A DNA stretch of 63,037 nucleotides, counting the filler. It is 8 parts of 8 records of this genome, joined end to end, with 100 filler letters (N's around TTAATTAATTAA, not from the genome) between each part and the next. Parts side by side here need not be neighbours in the genome. Positions count along the whole stretch, not along the records: positions 1 to 6,757 come from SRR31156797_36627; positions 6,858 to 17,433 come from SRR31156797_36655; 6 more parts are not named here. One strand, written 5' to 3'. Below the pieces are notes generated by a model. That model made no database searches and was not told the DNA's origin. It worked only from the letters and a program-made list of their open reading frames with translations. How positions within the stretch are numbered: position 1 is the first letter of the stretch; each line of letters begins with the position of its first letter. The position numbers and the translations under genes are program-made. This document shows, piece after piece, positions 1 through 10,930 of this stretch.

Positions 1-327
1 GACAGTTTGATTTTCCAGACTGAAAAGCAGTTGAAAGAGTTTGGCGACAAATTACCTGCCGACAAAAAGCAACCAATTGAGGATGCTTTGAAAAAGTTGA
101 AAGAAGCTCATGCAAGTAAAGATTTGGCAGCAATTGATGCAGCAATGAATGAGTTAAACACAGTATTCCAGGCCGCATCGCAGGAAATGTACAATGCTTC
201 TCAAGCTCAGGGTGGGGCACAGCCAGGTCCAGATGCCGGACAACAACCAGGGCCTGATACAGGTGCGCAAGGTCAACCGAAAGACGATGGTGAAGTAACC
301 GACGTTGATTTTGAAGAAGTGAAATAA
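1..327 (+). CDS. dnaK: Chaperone DnaK, C-terminal fragment (5'-truncated)
   Basis: Frame is open from base 1. [23 protein letters not shown] lid helices and the [10 protein letters not shown] terminus are typical of Bacteroidota DnaK. Confidence 0.95.
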   Translation, partial: DSLIFQTEKQLKEFGDKLPADKKQPIEDALKKLKEAHASKDLAAIDAAMNELNTVFQAASQEMYNASQAQGGAQPGPDAGQQPGPDTGAQGQPKDDGEVTDVDFEEVK

Positions 328-348
328 GATAAAAGAATGAATATTTAT

Positions 349-378
349 AAAGCCTCTCCGTTTGGAGGGGCTTTTTTT
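349..378 (+). terminator. Rho-independent terminator after dnaK
   Basis: aaagcctctcc-gttt-ggaggggcttttttt stem-loop followed by a T tract. Confidence 0.85.
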
Positions 379-481
379 ATGGGTTGAAATTTCATTGCGG
401 AGCTAAGTTGATTTCTTTGTTGTTGAGCTGATTGGGTCAGTATTTGCCCCTTATGGATAGAAATAACTGTTTTGCCGGAAG

Positions 482-489
482 TAACTTTG
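482..489 (+). promoter_or_regulatory. Bacteroidota -7 promoter element upstream of dps
   Basis: TAACTTTG matches the TAnnTTTG consensus, about 27 nt before the ATG. Confidence 0.6.
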
Positions 490-515
490 TATTGTAATTT
501 AAAAATAGAAACGTT

Positions 516-962
516 ATGAAAACAAGAAATCAGAACACAGTAGAAAAATTAAACAAGTTATTGGCAGATCATCAGATTTTTTATCAAAACTTAAGAGGCA
601 TGCATTGGAATGTTAAGGGGCATATGTTTTTTCAGCTGCACGAGAAGTTTGAAGAGCTTTACAACGAGTTTTCAGATGTAATTGATGAAATAGCAGAACG
701 AATTCTGACAATCGGAGGAAAACCTTTACATACTTATGCAGATTATATTCAGGTTGCCACACTTGATGTAGTTCAGAATCTTTCTGATGGACAAAAAGGG
801 ATGGAACATGTATTGACTGCCAATCGGTTTTTTATTGAAAGTTTTAATGAAATATTGGAGCTGGCCAACGAAACAGGAGATGAAGGTACAGCTGCGATGA
901 TGAGTGAATGGATAGGAGCGACCGAAAAACGAGTTTGGATGTTGGAAGCTTTTTTAAGCTGA
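516..962 (+). CDS. dps: DNA starvation/stationary-phase protection protein (Dps ferritin-like)
   Basis: HWNVKG..FFQLHEKFEELY...DEIAERI ferroxidase motifs, EKRVWML terminus, 148 aa. Confidence 0.95.
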   Translation: MKTRNQNTVEKLNKLLADHQIFYQNLRGMHWNVKGHMFFQLHEKFEELYNEFSDVIDEIAERILTIGGKPLHTYADYIQVATLDVVQNLSDGQKGMEHVLTANRFFIESFNEILELANETGDEGTAAMMSEWIGATEKRVWMLEAFLS

Positions 963-986
963 CAGGATTGTACCATTAAAGAATTT

Positions 987-1028
987 AAAAGCTTCCGCTC
1001 CTGATAAAGCTTGGGAGGGGAGGCTTTT
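987..1028 (+). terminator. Probable terminator after dps
   Basis: Imperfect stem aaaagcttccgctcc...ggaggggaggctttt. Confidence 0.55.
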
Positions 1029-1123
1029 CTATTTCTTTGGGAATAGGTTTGTAAACTAAATAAGCGTCCAAATCAAACAATCTTTCCTTGATTCTGTTCT
1101 GTTCAAACTAAATGTATAAGAAC

Positions 1124-1489
1124 ATGGATAATACAAACTACGAAGAATCGAGGAGAATTTTTTTGACAAAATTAGGGCTTACAATTGGTGGTGTTACAGT
1201 TGGTGCCTCCAAACTTTCTGCAACGGTTATGAATGATAAAACGGAGTTCCCGCTAACGGATGAACAACAAAAGCTTATGACTGATTACGAGCGTTGGATG
1301 GATAAAATGGTTCCGGCAGTAAAAGCACAACGTTTAAACCAGGAAGATTTAATTGCCAAAGCAAAAATTATGGAGCTCAGTAAAGAAGCTGAAAGCTGGC
1401 AGCCTCAATTGGTCGAATTTATGAAAGATGAAAATTTTGCAAGGTATTATATGACTGCTACAGAGCGATTGACAAAAGAAGTTTACTAA
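1124..1489 (+). CDS. Hypothetical helical protein with a twin-arginine-like leader
   Basis: ORF lies between two terminators. N-terminal SRRIFL is followed by an h-region ending KLSA. The start could also be 1112. Confidence 0.7.
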   Translation: MDNTNYEESRRIFLTKLGLTIGGVTVGASKLSATVMNDKTEFPLTDEQQKLMTDYERWMDKMVPAVKAQRLNQEDLIAKAKIMELSKEAESWQPQLVEFMKDENFARYYMTATERLTKEVY

Positions 1490-1506
1490 AGAATAATTTT
1501 ATGAAG

Positions 1507-1542
1507 AAGGCCCTTTTACCAGGTGGTAGGAGGGCCTTTTTT
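1507..1542 (+). terminator. Rho-independent terminator
   Basis: aaggcccttttacc-aggt-ggtaggagggcctttttt. Confidence 0.8.
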
Positions 1543-1623
1543 ATTCCCCTAACCAAAATAATTCCCTATTTTCGCGTTCAATAATTAGGCAATTAGATGA
1601 TCCAAATCAATATACAAGCAAAA

Positions 1624-2412
1624 ATGTACAAACTTATTATACTCTTTTTACTGCTGCCAACCTTAGCACTTTCTCAGTTAAATCAAACCGATTCTAATGG
1701 CTTAAAACAGGGGGTGTGGCAAAAAAAACAAGCTAATGGACGATTGATTTATGAAGGGCATTTTAAGGATGATAAACCGGTTGGACAATGGAAGCGTTAT
1801 CACCCGGGCGGACAGGTTAAGGCCATTATTGAATACAAAGGAGATACTGCGCATACGCAACTTTTTGATGTATGGCGAAAAAAAGTAGCAGAAGGAAATT
1901 ATGTGCATAAACAAAAAGAAGGCGCGTGGACAATTTATCGGAACAACAAACTGGTGGCAAGGGAAGAATATAAACAGGGATTAAAAAACGGAACCTCGCA
2001 ACGTTATTACAATTCTGGTGAGGTAATGGAAGAAAAACAATGGGTTAATGATAAAGAAGAAGGTAGCTACCAGGTTTTTTACAAATCAGGGCAAGCTTAT
2101 ATGCAATGCAAAATGAAACAAGGAATGCGTCATGGTTTGTTTCTGGTTAATTCCGAAAAAGGAGGGCAGGAACTGGTTGCGGAATATAAAAACAATCTTC
2201 GGCATGGCGAATGGAAATATTTTGATAAGGAAGGAAATCTTTCGTATACGCTTTTGTACAACAATGGGCAGATATTAAATCCGCAGGTTCGAGACAGTAT
2301 TGATAACCTGAAATTGCAGGATTTTGAAAAAAATAAGGGAGACATTATCGATCCGGAGAAGTTTATGGAAGATCCTACAGAATACATGATGAAGAACAAG
2401 ATGCAACGTTAA
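1624..2412 (+). CDS. MORN-variant repeat (YwqK-like) exported protein
   Basis: Signal peptide MYKLIILFLLLPTLALSQ and repeated G.W..Y...G / G.Y.....G units. Confidence 0.85.
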   Translation: MYKLIILFLLLPTLALSQLNQTDSNGLKQGVWQKKQANGRLIYEGHFKDDKPVGQWKRYHPGGQVKAIIEYKGDTAHTQLFDVWRKKVAEGNYVHKQKEGAWTIYRNNKLVAREEYKQGLKNGTSQRYYNSGEVMEEKQWVNDKEEGSYQVFYKSGQAYMQCKMKQGMRHGLFLVNSEKGGQELVAEYKNNLRHGEWKYFDKEGNLSYTLLYNNGQILNPQVRDSIDNLKLQDFEKNKGDIIDPEKFMEDPTEYMMKNKMQR

Positions 2413-2483
2413 AAATCCAATTGTCTCAGGCATTCAAGTTTACTTTCGTTAACTTGGCAGTCGATAGAAATTAACGAATTTAA

Positions 2484-4118
2484 ATGAAACGTTTTTTTAT
2501 AATCCTCTACATACTCTTTGGGGGGATCCTTCAGTCAACGGCTCAAAATTATTATTGGGTTGCTTTTACCGATAAGAACAACTCCGCTTTTGCTATTGAT
2601 GAGCCAGAGTACTTTCTTTCAGAAAGAGCCATACAACGACGTATTAATCAAAACATTCCGATCGACTCCCTGGACTTGCCTGTAAACCAGTTGTATATAG
2701 ATTCTGTTTTATCGCTTGGAGTTAATTTTGTGCATGCATCCAAATGGTTAAACGGAATAACAGTTTCTTCTGAGCATAAGGGAGTTGTTGATTATGCCAA
2801 TAATTGGAGTTTTGTAAAAGAAGTACAATTAACCAAACCTGCATCCTCCGCCAAAAGTGTATCGGATAAATTCAGAAGTGAGATCGGTTTCGAAACTGAA
2901 CCAATAGACTCCGGATTGTATGGTAACTCAGTACACCAGGTTGGAATGATGGAAGGACAGTTTTTGCATAATCTGAATTATAAGGGAGAAGGGATACAAA
3001 TTGCAGTACTCGATGCAGGATTTTACAAAGTAGATGAACTCACCGCATTCGACAGCCTTTGGGCCAATAACCAAATATTAGGAGCTCGTGATTTTGTCGA
3101 TCCTGGTTCAGATATTTATTATACAGATACACATGGAATGATGGTGTTATCGTGCATGGGGGGAAATAAACCCGGAGAACTGATTGGTACTGCCCCTAAA
3201 GCAAGTTATTGGCTATTACGATCGGAAGATGCAGCAAGTGAATACCTTATTGAGGAAGACAATTGGGTTGTGGCTGCAGAGTTTGCTGATAGTGTTGGAG
3301 TTGATATTATAAATTCGTCGCTGGGGTATTATACGTTTGATAATTCGGAAATGGATCATAGTTATGAAGACATGGATGGGCATACAACACGTGTAACCCG
3401 TGGGGCCAATGCTGCTGCTTCGCGGGGGATCCTGGTTTTTTCCAGTGCAGGAAACGAACGCGACAATGAATGGCTTCGGATAATAGCTCCATCGGATGGT
3501 GATTTGGTGATTGGTGTAGGAGCCGTAGATAAAAATTTGACCCCTGCATATTTTTCCTCGGCTGGTCCGGCTTCCGATGGAGATATAAAACCAAATATTT
3601 CAGCAATGGGTTATCACACAACCCTACAACTTTCAAATGGTGCAATAGGTATGGCAAGCGGAACCTCCTTTTCTGCTCCCGTATTAGCAGGAATGGCCGC
3701 TTCTTTGTGGCAAAAGTACCCGCAAAAAACGGCTGTACAAATAAAAGAGTCGTTGGAGCAAAGCGGACACCAGGTTTATACACCCGACTCTTTACTGGGG
3801 TATGGTGTCCCCAATATGCGAAGTGCATCGGCCATTCTGGATCCCCTGGCAATTGAACTTCAAACCGAAAATTCCGACTGGAAGTTATACCCCAATCCTT
3901 TTTCTGATTATCTGATTCTTCAACCTAAAACAGATGTTACAGAGGTTCAGGTTTTGCTTTATACAATTGGCGGAAAGCTTTTAAAAAGGTGGCAAAAATC
4001 TTATTCTCCAACAATTACATTAAGAGATTGGGGAAAAGTGGGAAGTGGCTTGTATTTGTTACAACTCAAAACAGATAACGACGTAGAAACTTTTAAGATC
4101 AATAAAATTAGTCGATAA
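2484..4118 (+). CDS. S8 (subtilisin-like) serine peptidase with T9SS C-terminal sorting domain
   Basis: IAVLDAG (Asp), THG (His), GTSFSAP (Ser), SAGN oxyanion, and LYPNP...SGLYLLQL...FKINK type A CTD. Confidence 0.93.
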   Translation: MKRFFIILYILFGGILQSTAQNYYWVAFTDKNNSAFAIDEPEYFLSERAIQRRINQNIPIDSLDLPVNQLYIDSVLSLGVNFVHASKWLNGITVSSEHKGVVDYANNWSFVKEVQLTKPASSAKSVSDKFRSEIGFETEPIDSGLYGNSVHQVGMMEGQFLHNLNYKGEGIQIAVLDAGFYKVDELTAFDSLWANNQILGARDFVDPGSDIYYTDTHGMMVLSCMGGNKPGELIGTAPKASYWLLRSEDAASEYLIEEDNWVVAAEFADSVGVDIINSSLGYYTFDNSEMDHSYEDMDGHTTRVTRGANAAASRGILVFSSAGNERDNEWLRIIAPSDGDLVIGVGAVDKNLTPAYFSSAGPASDGDIKPNISAMGYHTTLQLSNGAIGMASGTSFSAPVLAGMAASLWQKYPQKTAVQIKESLEQSGHQVYTPDSLLGYGVPNMRSASAILDPLAIELQTENSDWKLYPNPFSDYLILQPKTDVTEVQVLLYTIGGKLLKRWQKSYSPTITLRDWGKVGSGLYLLQLKTDNDVETFKINKISR

Positions 4119-5564
4119 ATGAGGCAGCAGCTAACCCTTTCTGGTTTAAACGAGTTAATAAAAGATGCTTTGCTGGATGCATTTCCGGGAACTATATGGG
4201 TTGTTGCAGAGGTTAGCGAATTAAAAGAAAACCGAAGCGGGCATTGTTATTTGGAGTTAGTTGAGAAAGAAGGGGATGAAATTATTGCCCGCTCAAGGGC
4301 TACAATCTGGTCGTATACCTACCGGATGCTAAAACCATATTTTGAAACCACAACCGGTCAGCTTTTTACTGATGGAATTAAAATATTGATTCAGGCATCG
4401 GTGGAATACCACCCTGCATATGGTTTGAGCTTAAACATTAAAGATATTGATCCTACCTATACCGTTGGCGACCTGGCTGTACAACGAAAAGAGATCATTA
4501 ATCGTTTGCAGGCAGAGGGCGTTTTCGAGATGAACAAGGAGCTGGATTTACCACTGGTTCCTCAAAAAATAGCTGTAATATCGTCGGCTACAGCTGCAGG
4601 TTATCAGGATTTTATAAATCAATTGGAGAATAATGAATACGGCTTTAAATTTTATACAAAACTATTTGAAGCTTACATGCAAGGAGCCGAAACAGTTCCT
4701 TCAATAATTCATGCTTTAGAACGAATTTTTCAATATGATGATTTTTTTGATGCGGTGGCTATCATTAGGGGAGGAGGAGCAACAGCTGATTTAAGTAGTT
4801 TTGATAGTTATGACCTGGCCATAAATATCACTCAGTTTCCAATACCTGTAATAACTGGGATAGGGCATGAAAAAGATGATACAATTATTGACTTAGTGGC
4901 TCATACCCGTATGAAAACACCAACGGCTGTAGCTCAATTTTTTATTGGGGGCGTTGAGCGGTTTTATGAGCGTTTACTTCTGCTTGAAGATGAAATTGTT
5001 GTAAAAACGCGCGAAACTATAGCTTTTCAACAGGATAAGCTGGAACGAATGGCGGAAGGATTAAAATATTCGGTTTCGGCTTTTATAAACGACAGGCGGA
5101 TTGACCTTGGAAGAAAAGGAAATGAGTTTCAGCAGGGGATTAAATCTTATGCATTTAACAAACAATATCAGTTGAGTAACCTGAAACACGATATTCGATC
5201 GGCCTTGTCGGTATGTTTTGTTGAATCAAAAAATAGAATAATACAAAAACAACGCATGCTGAAGCGTGTGGTAAGTGAATCGGTGTTAAAAGAAAAGGTG
5301 GAACTAACGCATATTCAGGGTGTATTAGCCGGAAGTTCAAAAAGAATCTTGCTGAAAGAAAATGAACGGATTCGATTAAATGAAAATACGATACGTTTAT
5401 TAAATCCGGATAATGTGCTAAAACGTGGATTTACATTAACTTTGAAACATGATAAAATTATAAAATCTGCAGATCAGTTGAATATTGGGGAAGAAATTGA
5501 AACACGATTTGCTGATGGAGTGGTTAAAAGTGAAATAACAAAAAAGGAAAAAAATGGCGGCTAA
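4119..5564 (+). CDS. xseA: Exodeoxyribonuclease VII large subunit
   Basis: N-terminal OB fold (SGHCYLEL), IIRGGG, TGIGHEKD and KTPTAVA motifs; followed by xseB. Confidence 0.96.
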   Translation: MRQQLTLSGLNELIKDALLDAFPGTIWVVAEVSELKENRSGHCYLELVEKEGDEIIARSRATIWSYTYRMLKPYFETTTGQLFTDGIKILIQASVEYHPAYGLSLNIKDIDPTYTVGDLAVQRKEIINRLQAEGVFEMNKELDLPLVPQKIAVISSATAAGYQDFINQLENNEYGFKFYTKLFEAYMQGAETVPSIIHALERIFQYDDFFDAVAIIRGGGATADLSSFDSYDLAINITQFPIPVITGIGHEKDDTIIDLVAHTRMKTPTAVAQFFIGGVERFYERLLLLEDEIVVKTRETIAFQQDKLERMAEGLKYSVSAFINDRRIDLGRKGNEFQQGIKSYAFNKQYQLSNLKHDIRSALSVCFVESKNRIIQKQRMLKRVVSESVLKEKVELTHIQGVLAGSSKRILLKENERIRLNENTIRLLNPDNVLKRGFTLTLKHDKIIKSADQLNIGEEIETRFADGVVKSEITKKEKNGG

Positions 5565-5754
5565 AAAGATATCCTATAACGAGGCAATGACCGAAATTGA
5601 AGAAATATTGGAGAAGATAGAAAACGAAGAGTTGGATGTGGATGAATTGGCAGAAAAAGTAAAAAGGGTTTCGTTGCTGTTAAAAACGTGCAAAGATAAG
5701 CTGACCAAGACCAACCAACAAGTTGAGCAGATTTTAAAAGAAATGGAAGACTAA
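5554..5754 (+). CDS. xseB: Exodeoxyribonuclease VII small subunit
   Basis: SYNEAMTEIEEILEKIENEELDVDEL...C pattern; overlaps the xseA end. Confidence 0.95.
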   Translation: MAAKKISYNEAMTEIEEILEKIENEELDVDELAEKVKRVSLLLKTCKDKLTKTNQQVEQILKEMED

Positions 5755-5776
5755 CTATTTAACTGAATAACTATCT

Positions 5777-6457
5777 ATGTATACGAAAGAACAAGTGGCA
5801 AAAACGATTGACCACGCAGTATTAAAACCTGAACAAACTTTTGAGGACCTAAAAAACAATGCCGTGATGTGCGTTAAAAACAAGGTGTTTAGCATGTGTG
5901 TAAAACCTTGCGACATTAAGGCTGCTAAAGAATTATTAAAGACTAGCGATGTAAAAGTATCATGCGTACTTAGTTTTCCTCATGGAGCCGATGCTACACC
6001 TGTAAAAGCATTTCAAGCAAAGCAGGCCATTGAAGATGGGACCGATGAAATTGATATGGTAATGAATATCGGTAAATTCTTATCGGGCGAATACGATTAT
6101 GTAAGGGATGATATTAAAGCCGTGGTTGAAGTGGCGCATAAACAAAACGTTTTGGTTAAGGTAATTCAGGAAAGCGGACACCTTTCTCTTCAGCAGATTG
6201 CCAAAGCCTGCGAATTGTCGTACGAAGCAGGAGCTGATTTTGTAAAAACTTCCACCGGATTCGGCCCCGGAGGAGCCAAGCCTGAATATATCGATGTAAT
6301 GGTTAAAACTGTGGGCGAAAGAATGCAGGTAAAACCATCGGGCGGCATTCGTGATTGGGATACGGCAGTGGCTTTTCTTGAGCAAGGTGCAGATCGGCTT
6401 GGAATAGGATCAACCGAAGCTGTATTGCAAGGCGGAATGGCTGAAGGAGATTACTAA
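5777..6457 (+). CDS. deoC: Deoxyribose-phosphate aldolase
   Basis: IDHAVLKP, FPHG, EIDMV, FVKTSTGF (Schiff-base Lys) and VKPSGGIR motifs. Confidence 0.96.
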   Translation: MYTKEQVAKTIDHAVLKPEQTFEDLKNNAVMCVKNKVFSMCVKPCDIKAAKELLKTSDVKVSCVLSFPHGADATPVKAFQAKQAIEDGTDEIDMVMNIGKFLSGEYDYVRDDIKAVVEVAHKQNVLVKVIQESGHLSLQQIAKACELSYEAGADFVKTSTGFGPGGAKPEYIDVMVKTVGERMQVKPSGGIRDWDTAVAFLEQGADRLGIGSTEAVLQGGMAEGDY

Positions 6458-6565
6458 TCCCAACAAACGCTGTGATAATCATTCGTGGCTGATTTAAATC
6501 ATATTCATTTTTTTTATCCTAAAAAACAGCCATATTTGTAAACCTTATCAGAACAAAAGGAACAT

Positions 6566-6757
6566 ATGTATTTTTTAAATGGAGACCGAATATATATAAA
6601 GCCTCAAACAACATGTGCTACCCTTAACGATCAAATCGAAGATTGCTTTGCACAATTGCTTAAAATTAACTCCGGGAAAATAATTTTTAAACTCAACATT
6701 TTTGTTGATACAGAATCTGATTCTGATTATACCGAATTATCAAATAAAATACGAAGA
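6566..6757 (+). CDS. Hypothetical protein, N-terminal fragment (3'-truncated)
   Basis: ORF is open to the contig end and preceded by a catatttg promoter-like element; family cannot be determined. Confidence 0.55.
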
Positions 6758-6857
6758 NNNNNNNNNNNNNNNNNNNNNNNNNNNNNNNNNNNNNNNNNNN
6801 NTTAATTAATTAANNNNNNNNNNNNNNNNNNNNNNNNNNNNNNNNNNNNNNNNNNNN
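6758..6857. other. Artificial contig spacer
   Basis: N44-TTAATTAATTAA-N44. Confidence 0.99.
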
Positions 6858-7008
6858 CAATACAACCATCCGCCGCAGGCGGCGCGTCCTTTCGCTACCA
6901 TCCTGAAGAATATTGAAATGATGCATTGTTGAATTTGACTTGTTCAAAGCTGTAATTTACAGAATTTCTACAGGACCTTTAGAACGCAAAAATAAAAAGA
7001 GAATCATC

Positions 7009-9258
7009 CTATTTTTCAAAGTCACTAAAAGTGCTCTGTTCTTTCTCCATCAGCGAACCCATTGTCTGCGAGTTTATCTTTCCGGAATCTTCTGACTTGA
7101 TCTCGAAATGAAGCCCGATCTCTTTAAAGAGTTTCCGGGCGGTCTTTGGACCGATAAGTTCTGAAACCCTCTCAAGACCTGAGCTCTTGATTGTATCCAC
7201 GGTCTTGATGTCGTTATCGTAGAGCTTCCGGGCACGAACACGGCCAATACCACGTATGCTGACCAGCTCGATAAGCTCTGGCGAGGCGCCGTAGTGTATT
7301 CTCTTTTCGAGGAGAGCTGTTTTATTTGAAACGTCGTTACTAATTTCAGGAGCAATGAGACCTGCAAGTCTTGACATGGAATGCATGAGCCATTCGGCAA
7401 TGTCAGCAATGGCATGTACATCACCTTCACCGACATTGAATTTCCTGGTGATGTTTTCAAGGGTCTTTTCCCCTATCCAGTCCTGTATTAGAAGAGCTGT
7501 TTTAACTTCTGCAAGGAAAAATTCATAATCAATCTCCTTTGAACGTGGTGGGATCTCTGCAAACTCATCACTGTGGGCAAGGACGATGTCGTTAATTATC
7601 TCATAGTCGCCTGACCGCATGTAGAGTTGCCTCATATCCGGCGCCTTGCAGATTAGATGCAGAAGTGTGAGGTCTGTGATATTCTCAGCTTTAGCTTTCT
7701 TCAGCCCTTCGACCATGAAAGCACCTGAAAGTGGGTCTATGTAAAGTGTGGATACGAGTCTTCCAAGAGCTGTTGGAAGCAGCATCTCGTCACCCTCGAG
7801 CATTTTGTTGAGTCTCAGGAAATCAAGACATTCGTCCACTACATCCATGATGCCCCAGGTGTCATTCTGGTGGGCGAAGAACGTTGCCTCAATGAACTCC
7901 AGAAGTCCTTCCCTTGTTGTTGCAAAACCGTTTACGATAGTGGAGAGGATATGAGTCCTCAGGGCATTCTCGGAACCCAGCTTGGACCATATGTCCTCTG
8001 CATCGGAATCGATGTAGTTGTCAAAGAGGCCTGTCATCTCATTGTAGGACTTTGCGATGAGCACGGATTCCCCATACGGGTCAAGATGCGGTCTTCCTGC
8101 CCTTCCTGCCATCTGCTTGTAATCAAGGACAGGGATCGGCTGCATTCCATAGTTAGGGTCGTAGCGTCTGTAACTCCTGATGATGACTCTTCTGGCCGGG
8201 AGGTTAAGACCTGCTGCAAGGGTTGGAGTACTGCTTATCACTTTTATCTTATTTTCCCTGAACCCGTCCTCCACGATCCTGCGGTGTGCTGAGTTCAGAC
8301 CTGCATGGTGGAATGCTGTGCCGTTTCTTACACATCTGGCAAGTTCATTTGATGCCTCTGTCTCGCCGTTCTCAATGATCTGTTCAACAAGTTCGTCAAG
8401 CGCCTTGCGGGTTGGTTTATCGAGTGTCTCTGAAACCATCTTCCCCGCTCTCTTTGCAAAGGAAACACTGTTTTTGCGGCTGCTCTCAAATACAAGACAT
8501 TGTCCGCCTTCTTCCAGGGTGTCCAGTAGTACATTGACGGCCTCGTCTTTTGTTCTGGATTCAATGAGTTTTTGTGAACCGTGGAAATTGATGTTGCCGT
8601 TAAGATAGACACCTTCATGCAGGCTCGTAGGGCGCCATTCACTGAGCACGAGTTTTGCTTTTAACCAGTCTGCAACCTCGTAGGCATTGCCAACGGTTGC
8701 CGAAAGAGCGATTATCTGGCATTTTGGGTTCAGCTTCATGAGCTTTGTGAGCGTGACCTCAAGGGTCGGGCCCCTGTTGGCAGAATCAAGCAGGTGTACC
8801 TCGTCCACAACTATGGTGGTGATCTCCTCCATCCATGTGGTCTCGTTACGCAAAAGGGAATCGGTCTTTTCAGATGTGGCAACGATTATGTCATTGGAAC
8901 CGAGCCACTCATCCCTTGATTCAAAGTCACCTGTGGATATGCCAACCCTTAAACCTCTGTTTTCTCCTTCCTTTACTGATACTGAGGAAAATGTCCTGAA
9001 CCTGTCGAACTTTTCACTTGCCAGTGCACGCAGGGGTACGATATAGAGTGCTTTACCTCCGTTGGATATTGCCTTTAGCATGGCAAGCTCTGCAAGAAGC
9101 GTCTTACCCGATGCTGTGGGAATTGCAGCAAGGAGGTTATTGCCTTCGATAAGTCCTTTTTCAATGGCTTCTGCCTGCGGCGGATAAAGCTCTTCGATGC
9201 CGGAATCAACGTAGAAACGGATTATCTCTTCCGGCAGGTCCAGGGATTCTATTTTCAT
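7009..9258 (-). CDS. hel308: Archaeal Ski2-like ATP-dependent DNA helicase Hel308
   Basis: [29 protein letters not shown], HhH motif [11 protein letters not shown] and C-terminal QSTFSDF. Confidence 0.95.
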   Translation of the reverse strand: MKIESLDLPEEIIRFYVDSGIEELYPPQAEAIEKGLIEGNNLLAAIPTASGKTLLAELAMLKAISNGGKALYIVPLRALASEKFDRFRTFSSVSVKEGENRGLRVGISTGDFESRDEWLGSNDIIVATSEKTDSLLRNETTWMEEITTIVVDEVHLLDSANRGPTLEVTLTKLMKLNPKCQIIALSATVGNAYEVADWLKAKLVLSEWRPTSLHEGVYLNGNINFHGSQKLIESRTKDEAVNVLLDTLEEGGQCLVFESSRKNSVSFAKRAGKMVSETLDKPTRKALDELVEQIIENGETEASNELARCVRNGTAFHHAGLNSAHRRIVEDGFRENKIKVISSTPTLAAGLNLPARRVIIRSYRRYDPNYGMQPIPVLDYKQMAGRAGRPHLDPYGESVLIAKSYNEMTGLFDNYIDSDAEDIWSKLGSENALRTHILSTIVNGFATTREGLLEFIEATFFAHQNDTWGIMDVVDECLDFLRLNKMLEGDEMLLPTALGRLVSTLYIDPLSGAFMVEGLKKAKAENITDLTLLHLICKAPDMRQLYMRSGDYEIINDIVLAHSDEFAEIPPRSKEIDYEFFLAEVKTALLIQDWIGEKTLENITRKFNVGEGDVHAIADIAEWLMHSMSRLAGLIAPEISNDVSNKTALLEKRIHYGASPELIELVSIRGIGRVRARKLYDNDIKTVDTIKSSGLERVSELIGPKTARKLFKEIGLHFEIKSEDSGKINSQTMGSLMEKEQSTFSDFEK

Positions 9259-9330
9259 GTTACCGGGATTAAAGGATGAAATGTCTAATAAAATTACCCG
9301 AACTGAAGTAGAGATTATTTTTTCTGTAGC

Positions 9331-10005
9331 TCATTCATCGATACAGAGTGCATCCACCGGGCAAGCCTGTATACACTTAAAACAGCAGACACAGGAATGG
9401 TCTGTCACAATATCCCTGTTCGATACATCTATCCACATGGGACAGACACGGTCACAAATGCCGCATGAATTACACAGGGAAGCATCCCTTTTGATCTTCT
9501 TTCTGCTTACAAGATTCAGTAGCCCGGCTGCTGCTCCTTCCTTGCAGAAATATTTGCATGCTGCCCTGTCCACGAAAAATGAAAGCATTATTGAAACTAT
9601 CATTATGGCTACCAGTCCTTCAAGTATGAGAATTCCTGTTGACTCGGGAAGAAAACCAAGTTCTGAAAGGACCAGGGTCACAAGAACAAACAGCATCAGT
9701 GCATATCTGGAATACATCAGCAGAGGATGGAGTTTTCTGGGAACTGCAGCGTTGTATCTTTTGCCAAGAATTTTCCTTCCCCATCTCGCAAAAATATCCT
9801 GGAAAAGTCCTCTTGGGCACATCCAGCCACAATAAACTGGTTCAAGAAGCAAAGCCAAGGGTAAACTTAAAAGTATAACATATATTGTGGACTGACTGCC
9901 AAAATAAACAAATATCGCCAATCCGGTCAATTGCAGCATCAACCTTAAAGTTTCAACTGTCCTTTGTCTGGCGCGATCTGAAAGCAGATCATTGACTTTT
10001 TTCAC
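9331..10005 (-). CDS. Membrane-bound 4Fe-4S protein (NapH/MauN/FixG-like)
   Basis: About 4 TM helices, CGWMCPRG and CKYFC motifs, and two CxxCxxCxxxCP clusters. Confidence 0.88.
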   Translation of the reverse strand: MKKVNDLLSDRARQRTVETLRLMLQLTGLAIFVYFGSQSTIYVILLSLPLALLLEPVYCGWMCPRGLFQDIFARWGRKILGKRYNAAVPRKLHPLLMYSRYALMLFVLVTLVLSELGFLPESTGILILEGLVAIMIVSIMLSFFVDRAACKYFCKEGAAAGLLNLVSRKKIKRDASLCNSCGICDRVCPMWIDVSNRDIVTDHSCVCCFKCIQACPVDALCIDE

Positions 10006-10152
10006 ACTACATGCTAACGTACATCTGATTGAAATATCCTTTTATTTTCAAGATTCAGTATGTTAAGGTTATCATTATCAAAATGAGGATTTCTATAGAG
10101 CCTCTTCCTGTGTGATAATACTTGAAAATAAAAGGGCAGATAACTGCCCCTA

Positions 10153-10881
10153 TCAATCCAAATTCTTTGCCCCTGACACATAATCATAAAGCAAAGCTGC
10201 AACCAGAGCACCAACTATTGGTCCTACAATGTATATGGGGAATTGCCACCAAAAATTAGTTCCGCCCATCAGGAACTCCGCCAGATATGGTCCGAATGTA
10301 CGGGCTGGATTTAGCGATGAACCTGTGATGTTTCCCACTACAATAATATCGGCAGCAACAACAAGACCTATCGCCAACCCTGCAAAACCTGCGGGAGCCC
10401 TTTTGTCCACTGCTGAACCCATGATAGTCAGCATCAGGAAGAATGTTGCAACAGCTTCGCAGAGTATTGCCTGACCATAGCTCACACCAAGACCTGTGGC
10501 AACAGCTCTTGAACCAAGTATCGCTACGATGGTGAAGGATGCAAGGCTTGCACCGATGAGCTGTGCTACTATGTAACCAAACATATCTTTTGAGGGAAAA
10601 CGCCCGGTTGCCCATAATGCAATGCTTACTGCCGGATTGATGTGTGTTCCTGATATATGGCCGAAGGCATATATCATGGCAACTATCGCTATGGCAAAGG
10701 ACATGCCTATGGCAAACCATGCTGCGATATCGATACCTACATTAAAAGTATTGCCTGGTATCGAACTTGTACCCTGTATCAGCAGGACGGTGGTAACTAC
10801 GGATCCCGTTCCCAGGAATACCAGCACATAAGTCCCGATGAGTTCAGCGATGGATCTTTTAAACAGACCCGGTTCTGACAT
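10153..10881 (-). CDS. aqpM: MIP-family channel (AqpM-like aquaporin)
   Basis: HINPAV and SLNPART NPA boxes. Start placed at MSEPGL, preceded by the archaeal RBS GGTGAT. Confidence 0.93.
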   Translation of the reverse strand: MSEPGLFKRSIAELIGTYVLVFLGTGSVVTTVLLIQGTSSIPGNTFNVGIDIAAWFAIGMSFAIAIVAMIYAFGHISGTHINPAVSIALWATGRFPSKDMFGYIVAQLIGASLASFTIVAILGSRAVATGLGVSYGQAILCEAVATFFLMLTIMGSAVDKRAPAGFAGLAIGLVVAADIIVVGNITGSSLNPARTFGPYLAEFLMGGTNFWWQFPIYIVGPIVGALVAALLYDYVSGAKNLD

Positions 10882-10930
10882 CAGATCACCTGCCTGAAAA
10901 CAAATGTGCCTCAGTGAGACACACCTATAA

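Noticed and set aside
1624..2412. Toxin-antitoxin system implied by the YwqK-like annotation
   Set aside because: There is no adjacent toxin gene, and exported MORN-variant proteins are common in Bacteroidota.
6870..6884. GC-rich palindrome ccgccgcaggcggcg at the start of contig 2
   Set aside because: It may be a dispersed archaeal repeat, but a single short copy cannot support a call.
6979..7011. Pyrrolysine read-through of the hel308 TAG stop in a Methanosarcinaceae contig
   Set aside because: The protein already ends in the usual QSTFSDF (PIP-like) tail. Read-through adds only about 10 residues across a T-rich terminator-like tract.
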